This document shows, piece after piece, positions 28,714-41,300 of a DNA stretch of 64,000 bases. The notes under the pieces are model-generated. The model searched no databases. It worked only from the letters and a program-made list of their open reading frames with translations, and was not told the DNA's origin. A program made the translations under genes and the position numbers. How positions within the stretch are numbered: position 1 is the first letter of the stretch; each line of letters starts with the position of its first letter. Origin of the DNA: Mizuhopecten yessoensis (taxonomy: Eukaryota); the NCBI RefSeq assembly GCF_002113885.1, contig NW_018480056.1, positions 257,369 through 321,368 of the forward strand, in the 5' to 3' direction.

Positions 28714-29150
28714 GATGGTGACATCAGCAAGTACAAAGGGGACAGATAAAAGTTTCTGTGGTAAACCCCTGTGCTGGAATTAAGTTATGTCTGTCTCGTA
28801 CCTGTTCGGTTGATACATCCCCTAACGAAGTAGTTGGACATGGTCATTTCCTGGGCGCTTGTTCGGTCATTATCAGGCTGTTGACTGTAACTTCTGTTCC
28901 CCGCTAGTTATTGATGGTGACTATCTAGCTGTATAATTACAATTAATGAGTATTTATCGGTAAAATTCATAGAAATATGCTTTTGATATATGGTTATAAT
29001 TACGGATATAATTTGTGGAAATTTCTTGTCATGTGAGTTCATTATGCTGACATTGAAATCACTATATGTATGTGTATACGTGTTGACCTGGAGAACATGA
29101 TGCTGACTTCTATAATGATCGCGAGCATTCTGTGTCAATGTCCAAACCTG

Positions 29151-30946
29151 CAATAGTGGTCTATGGTAAAATACAGTTCGTACAATAGTGGTCTATGGTA
29201 AAATACTGTTCATACAATAGTGATCTATGGTAAAATACAGTTCGTACAATAGTGGTCTATAGTAAAATACAGTTCATACAATAGTGGTCTATGGTAAAAT
29301 ACAGTTCGTACAATAGTGGTCTATGGTAAAATACTGTTCGTACAATAGTGATCTATGGTAAAATACAGTTTGTACAATAGTGATCTATGGTAAAATACTG
29401 TTCATACAATAGTGGTCTATGGTAAAATACAGTTTGTACAATAGTGGTCTATGGTAAAATACTGTTCGTACAATAGTGATCTATGGTAAAATACAGTTCG
29501 TACAATAGTGGTCTATGGTAAAATACTGTTCGTACAATAGTGGTCTATGGTAAAATACAGTTTGTACAATAGTGGTCTATGGTAAAATACTGTTCGTACA
29601 ATAGTGGTCTATGGTAAAATACAGTAAGTAAACAATAGTGATCTATGGTAAAATACAGTTCGTACAATAGTGATCTATGGTAAAATACATTTTGTACAAT
29701 AGTGATCTATGGTAAAATACAGTTAGTACAATAGTGATCTATGGTAAAATACTGTTCATACAATAGTGATCTATGGTAAAATACAGTTAGTACAATATTG
29801 GTCTATGGTAAAATACAGTTCGTACAATAGTGGTATATGGTAAAATACTGTTCATACAATAGTGATCTATGGTAAAATACAGTTCATACAATAGTGGTCT
29901 ATGGTAAAATACAGTTCGTACAATAGTGATCTATGGTAAAATACAGTTTGTACAATAGTGATCTATGGTAAAATACAGTTTGTACAATAGTGATCTATGG
30001 TAAAATACAGTTTGTACAATAGTGATCTATGGTAAAATACAGTTTGTACAATAGTGATCTATGGTAAAATACAGTTTGTACAATAGTGATCTATGGTAAA
30101 ATACAGTTTGTACAATAGTGATCTATGGTAAAATACAGTTTGTACAATAGTGATCTATGGTAAAATACAGTTTGTACAATAGTGATCTATGGTAAAATAC
30201 AGTTTGTACAATAGTGATCTATGGTAAAATACAGTTTGTACAATAGTGATCTATGGTAAAATACAGTTTGTACAATAGTGATCTATGGTAAAATACAGTT
30301 TGTACAATAGTGATCTATGGTAAAATACAGTTTGTACAATAGTGATCTATGGTAAAATACAGTTTGTACAATAGTGATCTATGGTAAATTACAGTTCGTA
30401 CAATATTGGTCTATGGTAAAATACAGTTAGTACAATAGTGATCTATGGTAAAATACAGTTAGTACAATAGTGGTCTATGGTAAAATACAGTTAGTACAAT
30501 AGTGATCTATGGTAAAATACAGTTCATACAATAGTGGTCTATGGTAAAATACAGTTAGTACAATAGTGGTCTATGGTAAAATACAGTTAGTATACAATAG
30601 TGATCTATGGTAAAATACAGTTAGTATACAATAGTGATCTATGGTAAAATACTGTTTGTACAATAGTGATCTATGGTAAAATACAGTTAGTATACAATAG
30701 TGATCTATGGTAAAATACAGTTTGTACAATAGTGATCTATGGTAAAATACTGTTCATACAATAGTGATCTATGGTAAAATACAGTTAGTACAATATTGGT
30801 CTATGGTAAAATACAGTTCATACAATAGTGATCTATGGTAAAATACAGTTCGTACAATAGTGATCTATGGTAAAATACAGTTAGTACAATATTGGTCTAT
30901 GGTAAAATACAGTTAGTACAATAGTGATCTATGGTAAAATACAGTT
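29151..30946. repeat. 32 bp minisatellite x~56, runs into a gap
   Basis: caatagtgatctatggtaaaatacagtttgta. Confidence 0.97.
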
Positions 30947-31007
30947 NNNNNNNNNNNNNNNNNNNNNNNNNNNNNNNNNNNNNNNNNNNNNNNNNNNNNN
31001 NNNNNNN
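30947..31007. other. Assembly gap
   Basis: N run. Confidence 1.
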
Positions 31008-31355
31008 CTTATCCCCCTGTAATTGTACAGCCCCACCCTTATCCCCCTGTAATTGTACAGCCCCATCCTTATCCCCCTGTAATTGTACAGCCCCACCCTT
31101 ATCCCCCTGTAATTGTACAGCCCCATCCTTATCCCCCTGTAATTGTACAGCCCCACCCTTATCCCCCTGTAATTGTACAGCCCCATCCTTATCCCCCTGT
31201 AATTGTACAGCCCCACCCTTATCCCCCTGTAATTGTACAGCCCCATCCTTATCCCCCTGTAATTGTACAGCCCCACCCTTATCCCCCTGTAATTGTACAG
31301 CCCCATCCTTATCCCCCTGTAATTGTACAGCCCCACCCTTATCCCCCTGTAATTG
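31008..31355. repeat. 30 bp minisatellite with strict A/B alternation (60 bp dimer)
   Basis: cttatccccctgtaattgtacagcccca[c/t]c. Confidence 0.95.
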
Positions 31356-31729
31356 GGAATATTTTGAGGTTTGAACTGTTTGGATATTGATTAGTGATAA
31401 GTACCCTTTTATCCTCTTTTGAGCCTGACCAACTTTTTATACAGTTACAGCTTCGTGCCAGTGCCAGGATTATTTTCCTGTTTTCATAAGGAAAACAATA
31501 TTCGCGCAGTGTAGAATTCGTGGAAAAAGCTTGGACTGTCATATTCATTATTGTTTTATTTGGTTGAAACTAAGGTTCCGAAAAATGACGTTATCATATC
31601 TATATAAATATGATTAAACTATTACCATCTTACAAATAGATAAAAGTATTATTCCATTTCAAAATTAGACAAATTGAACATTCTCACAAATAGACAAGAT
31701 GAATACTGTTTCAGAAATAGACAAAAGGA

Positions 31730-31880
31730 ATAACCATCTCACCATTAACCATCTCACCAATAACCATATCACCAATAACTCTCACCAATAACCATCTCAC
31801 CAATAACTCTCACCAATAACTCTTACCAATAACCATATCACCAATAACTCTCACCAATAACCATCTCACCAATAACCATC
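31730..31880. repeat. 12-15 bp repeat (caccaataaccatct)
   Basis: ~10 copies just upstream of exon A. Confidence 0.85.
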
Positions 31881-31956
31881 ACAAATACAGGCCCTCTTTG
31901 CCTCTTGTGGTTTATGTTTTCATTTTCATGAGTAACCAATGTTTCTTTTTTTTCAG

Positions 31957-32310
31957 TGTGTTCTGGTACAAATGAAGGAATGTCCACAGCCGGGTCAGAA
32001 TCTTTTCGTTACCATAATCTCAAAAAACATTACACAAACTGTACATATATTGATGGTAATCTGGAAATCCAGGAGATCGGATCCGATCGTGACTTAAGTT
32101 TTCTGGAAACCATTGTAGAAGTGCGTGGATATGTACTTGTTTATGCTGTGTTTACACCGACATTACCACTCAAGCGACTTCGAATAATTCGAGGAAGTGA
32201 ACTTTTTACCTACAATAATGGAAGTTATAGCCTATTTGTTGTGTTAAATGGTATTGTTTCTAATACAACGACAGTTGGTATGAAGGAGCTGGGATTACGA
32301 TCTCTCCAAG
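31957..32310 (+). CDS. EGFR: EGFR exon A (L1 domain: VCSGTNEG...[11 protein letters not shown]...LRIIRG...LGLRSLQ)
   Basis: tttcag acceptor, AG|gtgagt donor, 354 nt, phase 1/1; receptor L-domain sequence. Confidence 0.95.
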
Positions 32311-35300
32311 GTGAGTAACTGAATTCCATTCTTGGTCAATATTTAAAACTTCTGCTGATCGAAGGACCCCTATCCCACTGCAAGCCAAACACTAAATATT
32401 TCCCTTTTATATACAGTGACCTCCCCTTAATTTTGTTTTGGATATACCAGGTAACTGTATCACGATTTGACGCTGGTACTTCCGTCGACCAGGTAGATAA
32501 TTCAGCTATAGCAACTGTACAACAATCTAAGGTTTATTGTTCAAATACTGATTGAAACAACACTGACCCAGTCATGCTACAGTCATATTATCGAAAAAAG
32601 AATTTAAAGGGAGGTTACTCTGTGTAGGAAAACTACACTGGAGTTCTCTAGTGTTTCTCCTGCAGTGGGATAGGAACACTTAAAAGTAAGAAAGCAAAAA
32701 CAATAAATAAATACATATCCCTACATGTTTATATAGCTTTATACTCAAATCTTATATTCTTACTCCTCAAATACTGTTTTATCACATTTGATCATGAATA
32801 AATGTTTGAATTGGAGAAGTAACAATTCAAGCATTGCAAATCTTCAAAACAATACATTTTGTGGTGAGGAATTGTAAGTACAACCAATCACAATCATGAT
32901 TATCAAAATTACAACCAATCGATAAAGATTTATAATATTTGTAAATTATGGATGTTTTCTTTTTATCATACAGAAATCAGCAATGGCCAGGTATATTTTT
33001 TCAATAACGCTTTGCTGTGTTTTCACAAGACAATACATTGGAAAGATATTAACCCAGACGTCAACCCGCACGTCAAATATGTGTACGACGCAGCATACAA
33101 ACGACAATGTAAGTACATACAGAAATTCAGTTTTAATGCTGAGTTCACCATGTGTACCATGTGTTACATATGTACCTGACCAGGAGCCTGAATCTAAGTA
33201 ACCGAGAAAATACTTTGGTTACTCCCTTTCCCATTGTCTGGTGTACTAAACTAGATTTCCTTTACCCTCTTACGTACTGTAAAAGTTTTACGATGTGGAA
33301 ATGCTGACTTTTTTTGCTTTAGTAAATTAGAATATTAATTAATTGTTTACAGTGGCAGATCTAGCGACTTATCGGGGGGGGGGGGGGGTTTCAAAATTTC
33401 ATGGGGGGGAAAATTGAGGAAAATGGAGAAAATACATGATTTTTAAAGAAACTTTTCAGGCTGGGGTGGGTTCCTGAAGCCCAAAAAAACCTCTGGATCT
33501 GCCACTGAGACTTTCTCAATCTGATTAATAGACAGATGTGACATACTACCACAGGCTGTTTTATTGGTGTGAGACACCTTAAAGATAGAGACAACTTAGA
33601 TGGTGTACAAGTATCCTTAATAATAATTGAGATTTAACGGGTCTATTAGATCAATAGGACAAAATGACCTGAAGCTGAGATTGTAACACTAAACTGAAAG
33701 AAGATCTATTTAAAGATGTCTGGTTTCAATATTGACACAGGTTCCTAACCTAAATTAGAATTCCCTAAGTACCTTAGCTAACATCCATCCAATCAGGGTT
33801 TAACACATGATGAAGCATTGTTAGTTTCATGAAAAAAAGTTTCTGGTAAAGGAAATATTTGTAAAATTAGTATGGCTGTATTAAATGGCAAATTTAAATA
33901 TTTAGCAAAGTTGACAATTTAAACTTAAAGAAAATTGGGCTATAAATATTTATTTGTACATTGATAGAAGAAGTTCACTTTTAAACAATGCAAAATTAAA
34001 TGTAAGTTTATAACAGAGAGGACACCATTTTGTCAGTCTGTCTATATCTGCATCCTTTAGCAAATTCATTCTCTTCCTTAAATTTAGTATTTTTATCTCA
34101 TACCTTAAACTTTAAATGTTCAACTCCAGGAGGTTGTGTAAGCCTGAACTCTAGACGAACGCTCTACTATTTGAGATAACTGGTTGTGTTGAGCTTCACA
34201 ACTTCCTTTTATCTGGGTTATTCTATCAAAGGTCATGGTCAAGGTCATTGAAGGTTGATTCCTTCAATTTGATTGGCTAATGATTTCCACCCCAGTACTT
34301 CTCTGTTTCTAACCTCATCTTCCTATAGTTTACAAGATCACAGTATATTATATATAAAAAACCCTGAACATTTTCAGACTATTCTGTCAAAGGTCAAGGT
34401 CATTCAAGGTCACTTAATTCCTTCAGTCCAATTGGGTAATTATATACTCTTTTTCACCAAATTTTTGAAGTTGTTGTATGTGCTAAGACACAAGTTCCTG
34501 TTTTTTGGAAATTCTACCACTGTGACCATTAAATTTTCCGCTTTGCAATGATTGTTTTGATCCTGCAGTCCACTTGTAAATTAAACGCCAAGCAATGATT
34601 GTTTTGATCCTGCAGTCCACTCGTAAATTAAACGCCTAGCATTATCTTTATCTTTATAACTTTGTGTTTTAGAAAAAAATATATATTCAAAATATCTCTC
34701 TAAGAATTTTCTAGGATCGTATTGGATCTTTTGTTTCAAAAACATCCATCAAGGTTGTGTTGATATTGTTTAATCATTCACCCCTGAAATTTCATAATTA
34801 ACTATTCCAACTTTTGAATTGGAACAGTTCAAATGTCAGGGGTGAATGACTTAAGTCTGTTCCTGTTAACTAAGACAGAGCAAGGCGATGCCTTAGACAG
34901 TGTTTCCTTGATCTAACTCAACATTATCGTATTGTACTGGTTTACCTTTAATTTCACAGACAAATTGTGAACAGTTTTTTTTTAAGTATGAAATTTCAGA
35001 AAATATCAAGATGAGATTATGAACTATGAAAGTCTTGCTTTCAATTACTAAATAATGAATCAGTCATACAAACAGAAAAGGGAGGTAGATAAGTTTGATT
35101 AAGTAGTCAATGCCTCTCATAGGTTTTCACACTTTCAATTTTCGAAGGATGCCAAATGTTGAGGATGCTAAGATAACTGTGGGATTGGATACAGTTGAAG
35201 TCAGATGATATTAGACTCCCTCTGAGAATCAAGGTCATTAATATGTGTTAAAAAGCCATCGCACAGTTGTCTCCCCTTGGGAATAAATCTTCTGGTGATT

Positions 35301-38300
35301 TGGTTGAAAATGAGATGTCTTATCAGTAAATGTAGGCTAGGTAAGAACTCGGGCAGAAAGCTGGAAAAAAGGCCACGTTCGTTTTACTATTCTGATTAGC
35401 AAAAACAAAATTTATGGTAGTGTTGTTTTACTTTCATAATTATATTATGCATCAAGTAGCTATATTCAGTTTGAAATTGTAAGCAAAACTGGGTAAAATT
35501 GAGATCTGATGACAAATTAAAAAAAAAAAAAAATAGATATCATAATACTTGCAAGCTGATAGATTGTATTGATGCCCCATATCTTTGTAGACATTTTTTT
35601 TGGCAAGTCAGTGAATTAACAGTAGTTCTTAAATTTATTTTTCAATTCCGAATCAAGTGCAGGCTTTAATGAGAAAATAAAGATTGTATCAAATTATGAG
35701 ATCACAACATGTTTATGAGATTTTCAATACCAATCTAACTATTATATTCAATCTGTTTTCATGTACTGAGCCAAAAGAATAGACATTTCAGATTTCGAGT
35801 GAACAAGTAATACTCGGTGTATATACATTTACCTAAATGTCTCTTTACCCAGTTTCACTAAGATTCCTTAACTTAGAAAACTCCTTTACTTAGAAAAGCA
35901 ATTGACCTAAGAAAATTTGGGTTCAGAGTTTTCTCAAATGCCAGTAATGCATTCTTATGGAAATACTTGAGTTAAGAAATGTCCTTTAGTTTAGGGAACA
36001 TTCACGAAATTAGGGTTGGGTGTAATAAATTTTGTGCAGAATATATTTCTGTCCCATTACAGTGATCCAATCGACAAGCACTGCTACTAAAAGAGAGATC
36101 AAGTCATTGAAGTGTAGGGGGCGCTATAAACGTACTAGTTAAAACTAACATGTAGGTATATATTGATTTTGGCGCTAATGAACTTCATCACAGGCGAGTT
36201 CTCCATTGTCAGATTTTTTTGATTTTTTTTCTGGCTATAGATTAGATGAGGATGTTAACTAATATTTTATTCACAGACATGAAGAGGGGGTTAATATATA
36301 GTGATGGCTGCAAGCTTTAAGTATGGTACTTCATATCGTACCATCTCGTAATACCTATATGGATATATATTAGTAGGCTAGATTGTAATCAATTTCAATT
36401 TTATTAGAATGTGTACTTATATGTTATTTGATAGTTCCATCAGATTGCCAGTTAATGGAATTCTCACAAAATTGGAATTTTGTATTCAATAGATAAAGGT
36501 CCTGTGATAATACAGATATTGATTGCAATATGTCAATATTTTTCTGTTCATATGTATTTTTTATTCATCGATTTTCATTTATGGCATCGTTGAGTGATCA
36601 TCGTTATCGTTGTACAAATGATTTCGGACCACATACTGGAATTTATTTGAGGTTATGAGATTTTAATTGATATATAAATATCTAACAACAATGTACTCTA
36701 TTTCATAAATGTATTTTATAATATTTCAAATATTTTGTTATTGTTTGATTTTAATCAGTTCTTAGAATGAGTGAAGCATATAAAACAGTTTGAATGTCCA
36801 TATCGGAGGCCGAGGGGGAGGGGTTCTCTATTTGTTGTCTGTGTATTGATTCTCTATTTGTTGTCTGTGAGTTGATTCTTTATTTGATGTCTGTGAGTTG
36901 ATTCTTTATTTGATGTCTGTGAGTTGATTCTTTATTTGATGTCTGTGAGTTGATTCTTTATTTGATGTCTGTGAGTTGATTCTTTATTTGATGTCTGTGA
37001 GTTGATTCTTTATTTGATGTCTGTGAGTTGATTCTTTATTTGATGTCTGTGAGTTGATTCTTTATTTGATGTCTGTGAGTTGATTCTTTATTTGATGTCT
37101 GTGAGTTGATTCTTTATTTGATGTCTGTGAGTTGATTCTTTATTTGATGTCTGTGAGTTGATTCTTTATTTGATGTCTGTGAGTTGATTCTTTATTTGAT
37201 GTCTGTGAGTTGATTCTTTATTTGATGTCTGTGAGTTGATTCTTTATTTGATGTCTGTGAGTTGATTCTTTATTTGATGTCTGTGAGTTGATTCTTTATT
37301 TGATGTCTGTGAGTTGATTCTTTATTTGATGTCTGTGAGTTGATTCTTTATTTGATGTCTGTGAGTTGATTCTTTATTTGATGTCTGTGAGTTGATTCTT
37401 TATTTGATGTCTGTGAGTTGATTCTTTATTTGATGTCTGTGAGTTGATTCTTTATTTGATGTCTGTGAGTTGATTAACACAGAAATCGTGTTATCCTGAA
37501 GGTTCTTCTATTATTATATCACTGTGTTGGTCTCCTCAGAAAGTAGACATTTTCTGTACAGTCAAGTTTGTTTCATTCCTGCCTGATAGTTGTCACTTAA
37601 ATAGGTTCAAGGTCACTTTTTCTGTTTTACTTCAAAGGTTTGTTTTTTATGTCCATCACTATTAAATACCTCTTTGTAATGACAGAAATGTCACTGAACA
37701 AATGGTAGCTGTAATTAAATATAAAAAGCGGTTTTATTTTCCTAACATTTAATGGCATAACAATCTACAAGTCCCAGCTTGAAGTGATGACCAGTGACCT
37801 TGACCTTTGTCCATTATATGTAGTCCACAGAAAATACTCATCATTTCAGATTTGATCTTCATTGTCCTAATCCTGCATGTATTCATTTTTGATTTTATTT
37901 GTGTGAGGATGAAAAATGTTGTGTATAATTGGAGTCATTATTGATGTGACCTTTAACCATCAAAGCTTAATCAATGACCTTGACCTTTTGTAATATTTCA
38001 GGTCCGGAATGCCATCCGTCCTGCTACAATAATCGAACTGGAGAACGCCACTGTTGGGGGGAGGGTAGAGACATGTGCCAACAACGTAAGTTATTTAAAG
38101 ATGGTATGACAACTGTGTTTGTAAATAGAACCAATCGCTAATTCCTACACTGTCAGGATTGTGTTTAAAAAACAATCCATTTTATTTCAGGTTTAAATTT
38201 TATTGTTATGATAATGGAACAACTTGTAGCAGATTCAAAAACTTTATTGATTCTAATAATATTCTAATAATAGCTCAGGGCTATTATTAGAACACATGCT

Positions 38301-41300
38301 AAGAAGAAAGTGTGGTGTGGGGGGGGCAGTTATTGGAACCGGATGTCACAACCTCACACCATAAAGGTAGGGGGTGGGCGATTATTGGAGAAAAAATCTG
38401 AAATTCAAAAAAATTAAGATCTTCAAAGCCTATGTGTACTGTACAAGAAACAACGGATAGGTTTTCAGACAGACTGTGTTTGGGTCTGGTGCTCTGGATG
38501 CAAGCTTCATGCACTTTTAGCAAAGTCTATACTATCAATATTGTGTGCGTGGCCCTGTCAGAGTTTGGGATGGTCGCACAAGGAATTGTACCCATACTTT
38601 TACACTGAAAGGCATTGTATTTGAAAAAAAAAAAAAAAAATAACAATCTGCATATTTCTACATGTCTATATAGCTTGTTTGATCTGTACTTTTTTACACC
38701 TTTATTAAAACAATGTCAAATATCTCCAAAACTTTAAAATAGTTGGAAAATAATCATTTTTATAGAGTATTTTGCCCCTAATATGGAGGGAATGACGATT
38801 ATTAAAACACAGTCTATTATTAGAACACAGGCTATTATTAGAACACAGTCTATTATTAGAACCAATAAGGTATTCATTTCTGAAACACTTTCACAAATTC
38901 AAAATACAAATGATGAAATAACATATTCATTACATGTGTTGTTGATCTGTTTTAAATTTTATCTGTCTGTAGTTTTTACTGAAATTTTGTTGTTCTAATT
39001 GTAAAGAGTTTAAGTCATTCTGCCCAAGGTGGTTGAAGAAGAACATGACATTTCACATGTTTACTATTCTGATATGAAATAAAAAGATCTTGTTTATGCA
39101 AATGTCATTGTAGCTATAATGGTTCAAAATTAAACTTGGCAAAATTAAAATCAAATCAGTAGGGAGAAGTGTTGCACTGAATATTAAATGTAAAAATGAA
39201 TTTAACTGAAAAAAAATCACATTTCATGTTGTTTATTTTTTATCCAGTGAACCATGCGACAGTGTGTTCACCTAGCTGTGATGGTCGGTGCTTTGGCTAC
39301 CAACAAAACCAGTGTTGTCACCCGGAATGTTCCGCGGGATGTTCGGGGCCTAGGAAAACGGACTGTATGGTAAAGATGATTTTTTACATTTTCACAAGTT
39401 AAATATCAGAAAATGTCCATTTGATGAAAACAAATATTGTGAATATGTACAAAATGCTATATCTTAACCCATTAACCCCTAAAGTCACCTTGGAACCTTA
39501 CCAAATGAAAGACTGGGCAAGTCCAGTTTAAAAATGTGTGGGTGAATGAATTAATATGTAAAGACATTTCTTTGTGTAGTGTCAAATTAGAACAGTGCTT
39601 TCTTCACTCGATCAACTTAGATACTGAAATTAATAATTATAAACCAAATAGATAAAAAGAAACATTTTTCTCAATAATCAGGACAATAATTTCTATGTTG
39701 GCGTTAATCTGTTAACTTTACCGTGAAGTGACATGTACGCGAGCTAAAATCTTGATCTCTATTATGGCCTAAGGGAGGTAACTCTCAGACCAAAGTTGAT
39801 ACAAAAAATGGAAGCAGAGTTGCATGTACTTTTCATTTTTTGCAATTTTTCCACCATTTGAAAACTATGTGTTATTGTGGTTATTTTTTCCAGTCTTTAG
39901 GAATAAAACCTTTCTGTTAAAACCACTGGTTAAAGAAAATTCTTACAGCAATTTCCATAACATGATTTGACTGGTTGCAGATGATCCAAATTCTAGTTCT
40001 GCTACAAAACGTAAATGTTTTGTTTTTAATTTACAACAATTATGAAACAATGAAGTTGTATCAACATATTACTCTTATTAGCCCTGAGATATCTGATATC
40101 TGATCATAGAAATCCCCTTTCTTTACCACACAATGAAACTGCATGGTGCTGGTAAATAGCTTACAGCCTGTCAGGACAGGATCCTGAAGTGTTTTTAACA
40201 CTTCGAGTGCTCTACAAATATCATTTAGTTATACACTATAATTCAGTCATTTTCCCAACAGCGCTTTAAAATATCATAAACACTCAACTTTATTTCCTTA
40301 AGGCTTGTAAACACTTCATGAACGAAGGAGAGTGTGTGGAGAATTGTCCCCTCGTCATGTTCTACAACATCTTCACCCTGAAGGCAGAGATCAACCCCAA
40401 GGGCAAATTTAAATACGGATCCCTCTGTGTTAAAAAGTGCCCCGGTAACTATCAACCTACGGAACAAAAAATGACCAAATAAAAAATATTGAATATTGGC
40501 ATTGCAATAAAATTGAAACATGAATCATTGAATGAATAATTTTTAAAATTAAAGATTTTGTTTTTTTAAATGTTGATGAATTATTGTATAACTACTTAAA
40601 TTGTTTGTTTTCTTTGATTTACTGCAATTTGATTTGTGTCGTTTATACAATATGACATAAAAAAATATTATCTACAAATAACTTGATAATTTTCATGGTT
40701 TTTCCGCAGACCATTTTCTACGGGACAAGTACATCTCTGCTTGTGTGAAGGTTTGTGGGGTAAACAAACATGCTGTAGACGGAGAATGCATCCCGTGTGA
40801 TGGGCCGTGTGCAAAACGTAAGGAACTGCATTCCTGTCCTTATGGAGTTAACACTTAGCCTCCTTCAGGAGGAGATAACTCTACCAAGTTTCTTTGACAT
40901 AATTATTAAAAAGGAAATGGGAGACAGTTCTAACCCAGTTGTGTTGGGATAATCATTTCACAGCTAAGTAGATAATCATTTCACAGCTAAGTAGAGATGA
41001 CTTTCTCCTTTTGTTGATAATTATTTCCTAGCTTGATGGATTAAGTCTTGCAGTTCTAGATTAATTTTCCTTTTCTAGGTCATTTAACAAGCCAAGTACA
41101 GACTTGGAGTTTACATAAAAGAAATTGCAAAATATATGTAGACAACACTCCCCCCCCCCCCCCCCCCCCCCCATTTCAATGAATTTCAATGATTGAAAAA
41201 TGAAGTACCCTGGTAATGACTCATGACTTATTAAAACTGTAAAACACAGTTTTGTATTGCATGTCTCTTTTGGTCGTAACAGCAAATCATTGTAAATCTC

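Larger units (their letters stand above)
1..31956 (+). other. Probable large first intron of EGFR (signal-peptide exon not found in window)
   Basis: Exon A starts in phase 1 at the L1 N-terminus with no Met or signal peptide; no convincing upstream coding exon seen. Confidence 0.7.

Noticed and set aside
29151-31374. Regular repeats as a CRISPR array, and periodic ORFs 30929-31374 as repeat proteins
   Set aside because: Head-to-tail units with no unique spacers, eukaryotic intron, no cas genes; ORFs come from a 30-bp unit without stops plus N runs
41149-41172. Long poly-C/poly-G runs (also ~9097, ~33373, ~48766) as functional G-quadruplexes
   Set aside because: Simple homopolymers, often within repeats or at gap edges; no evidence of function
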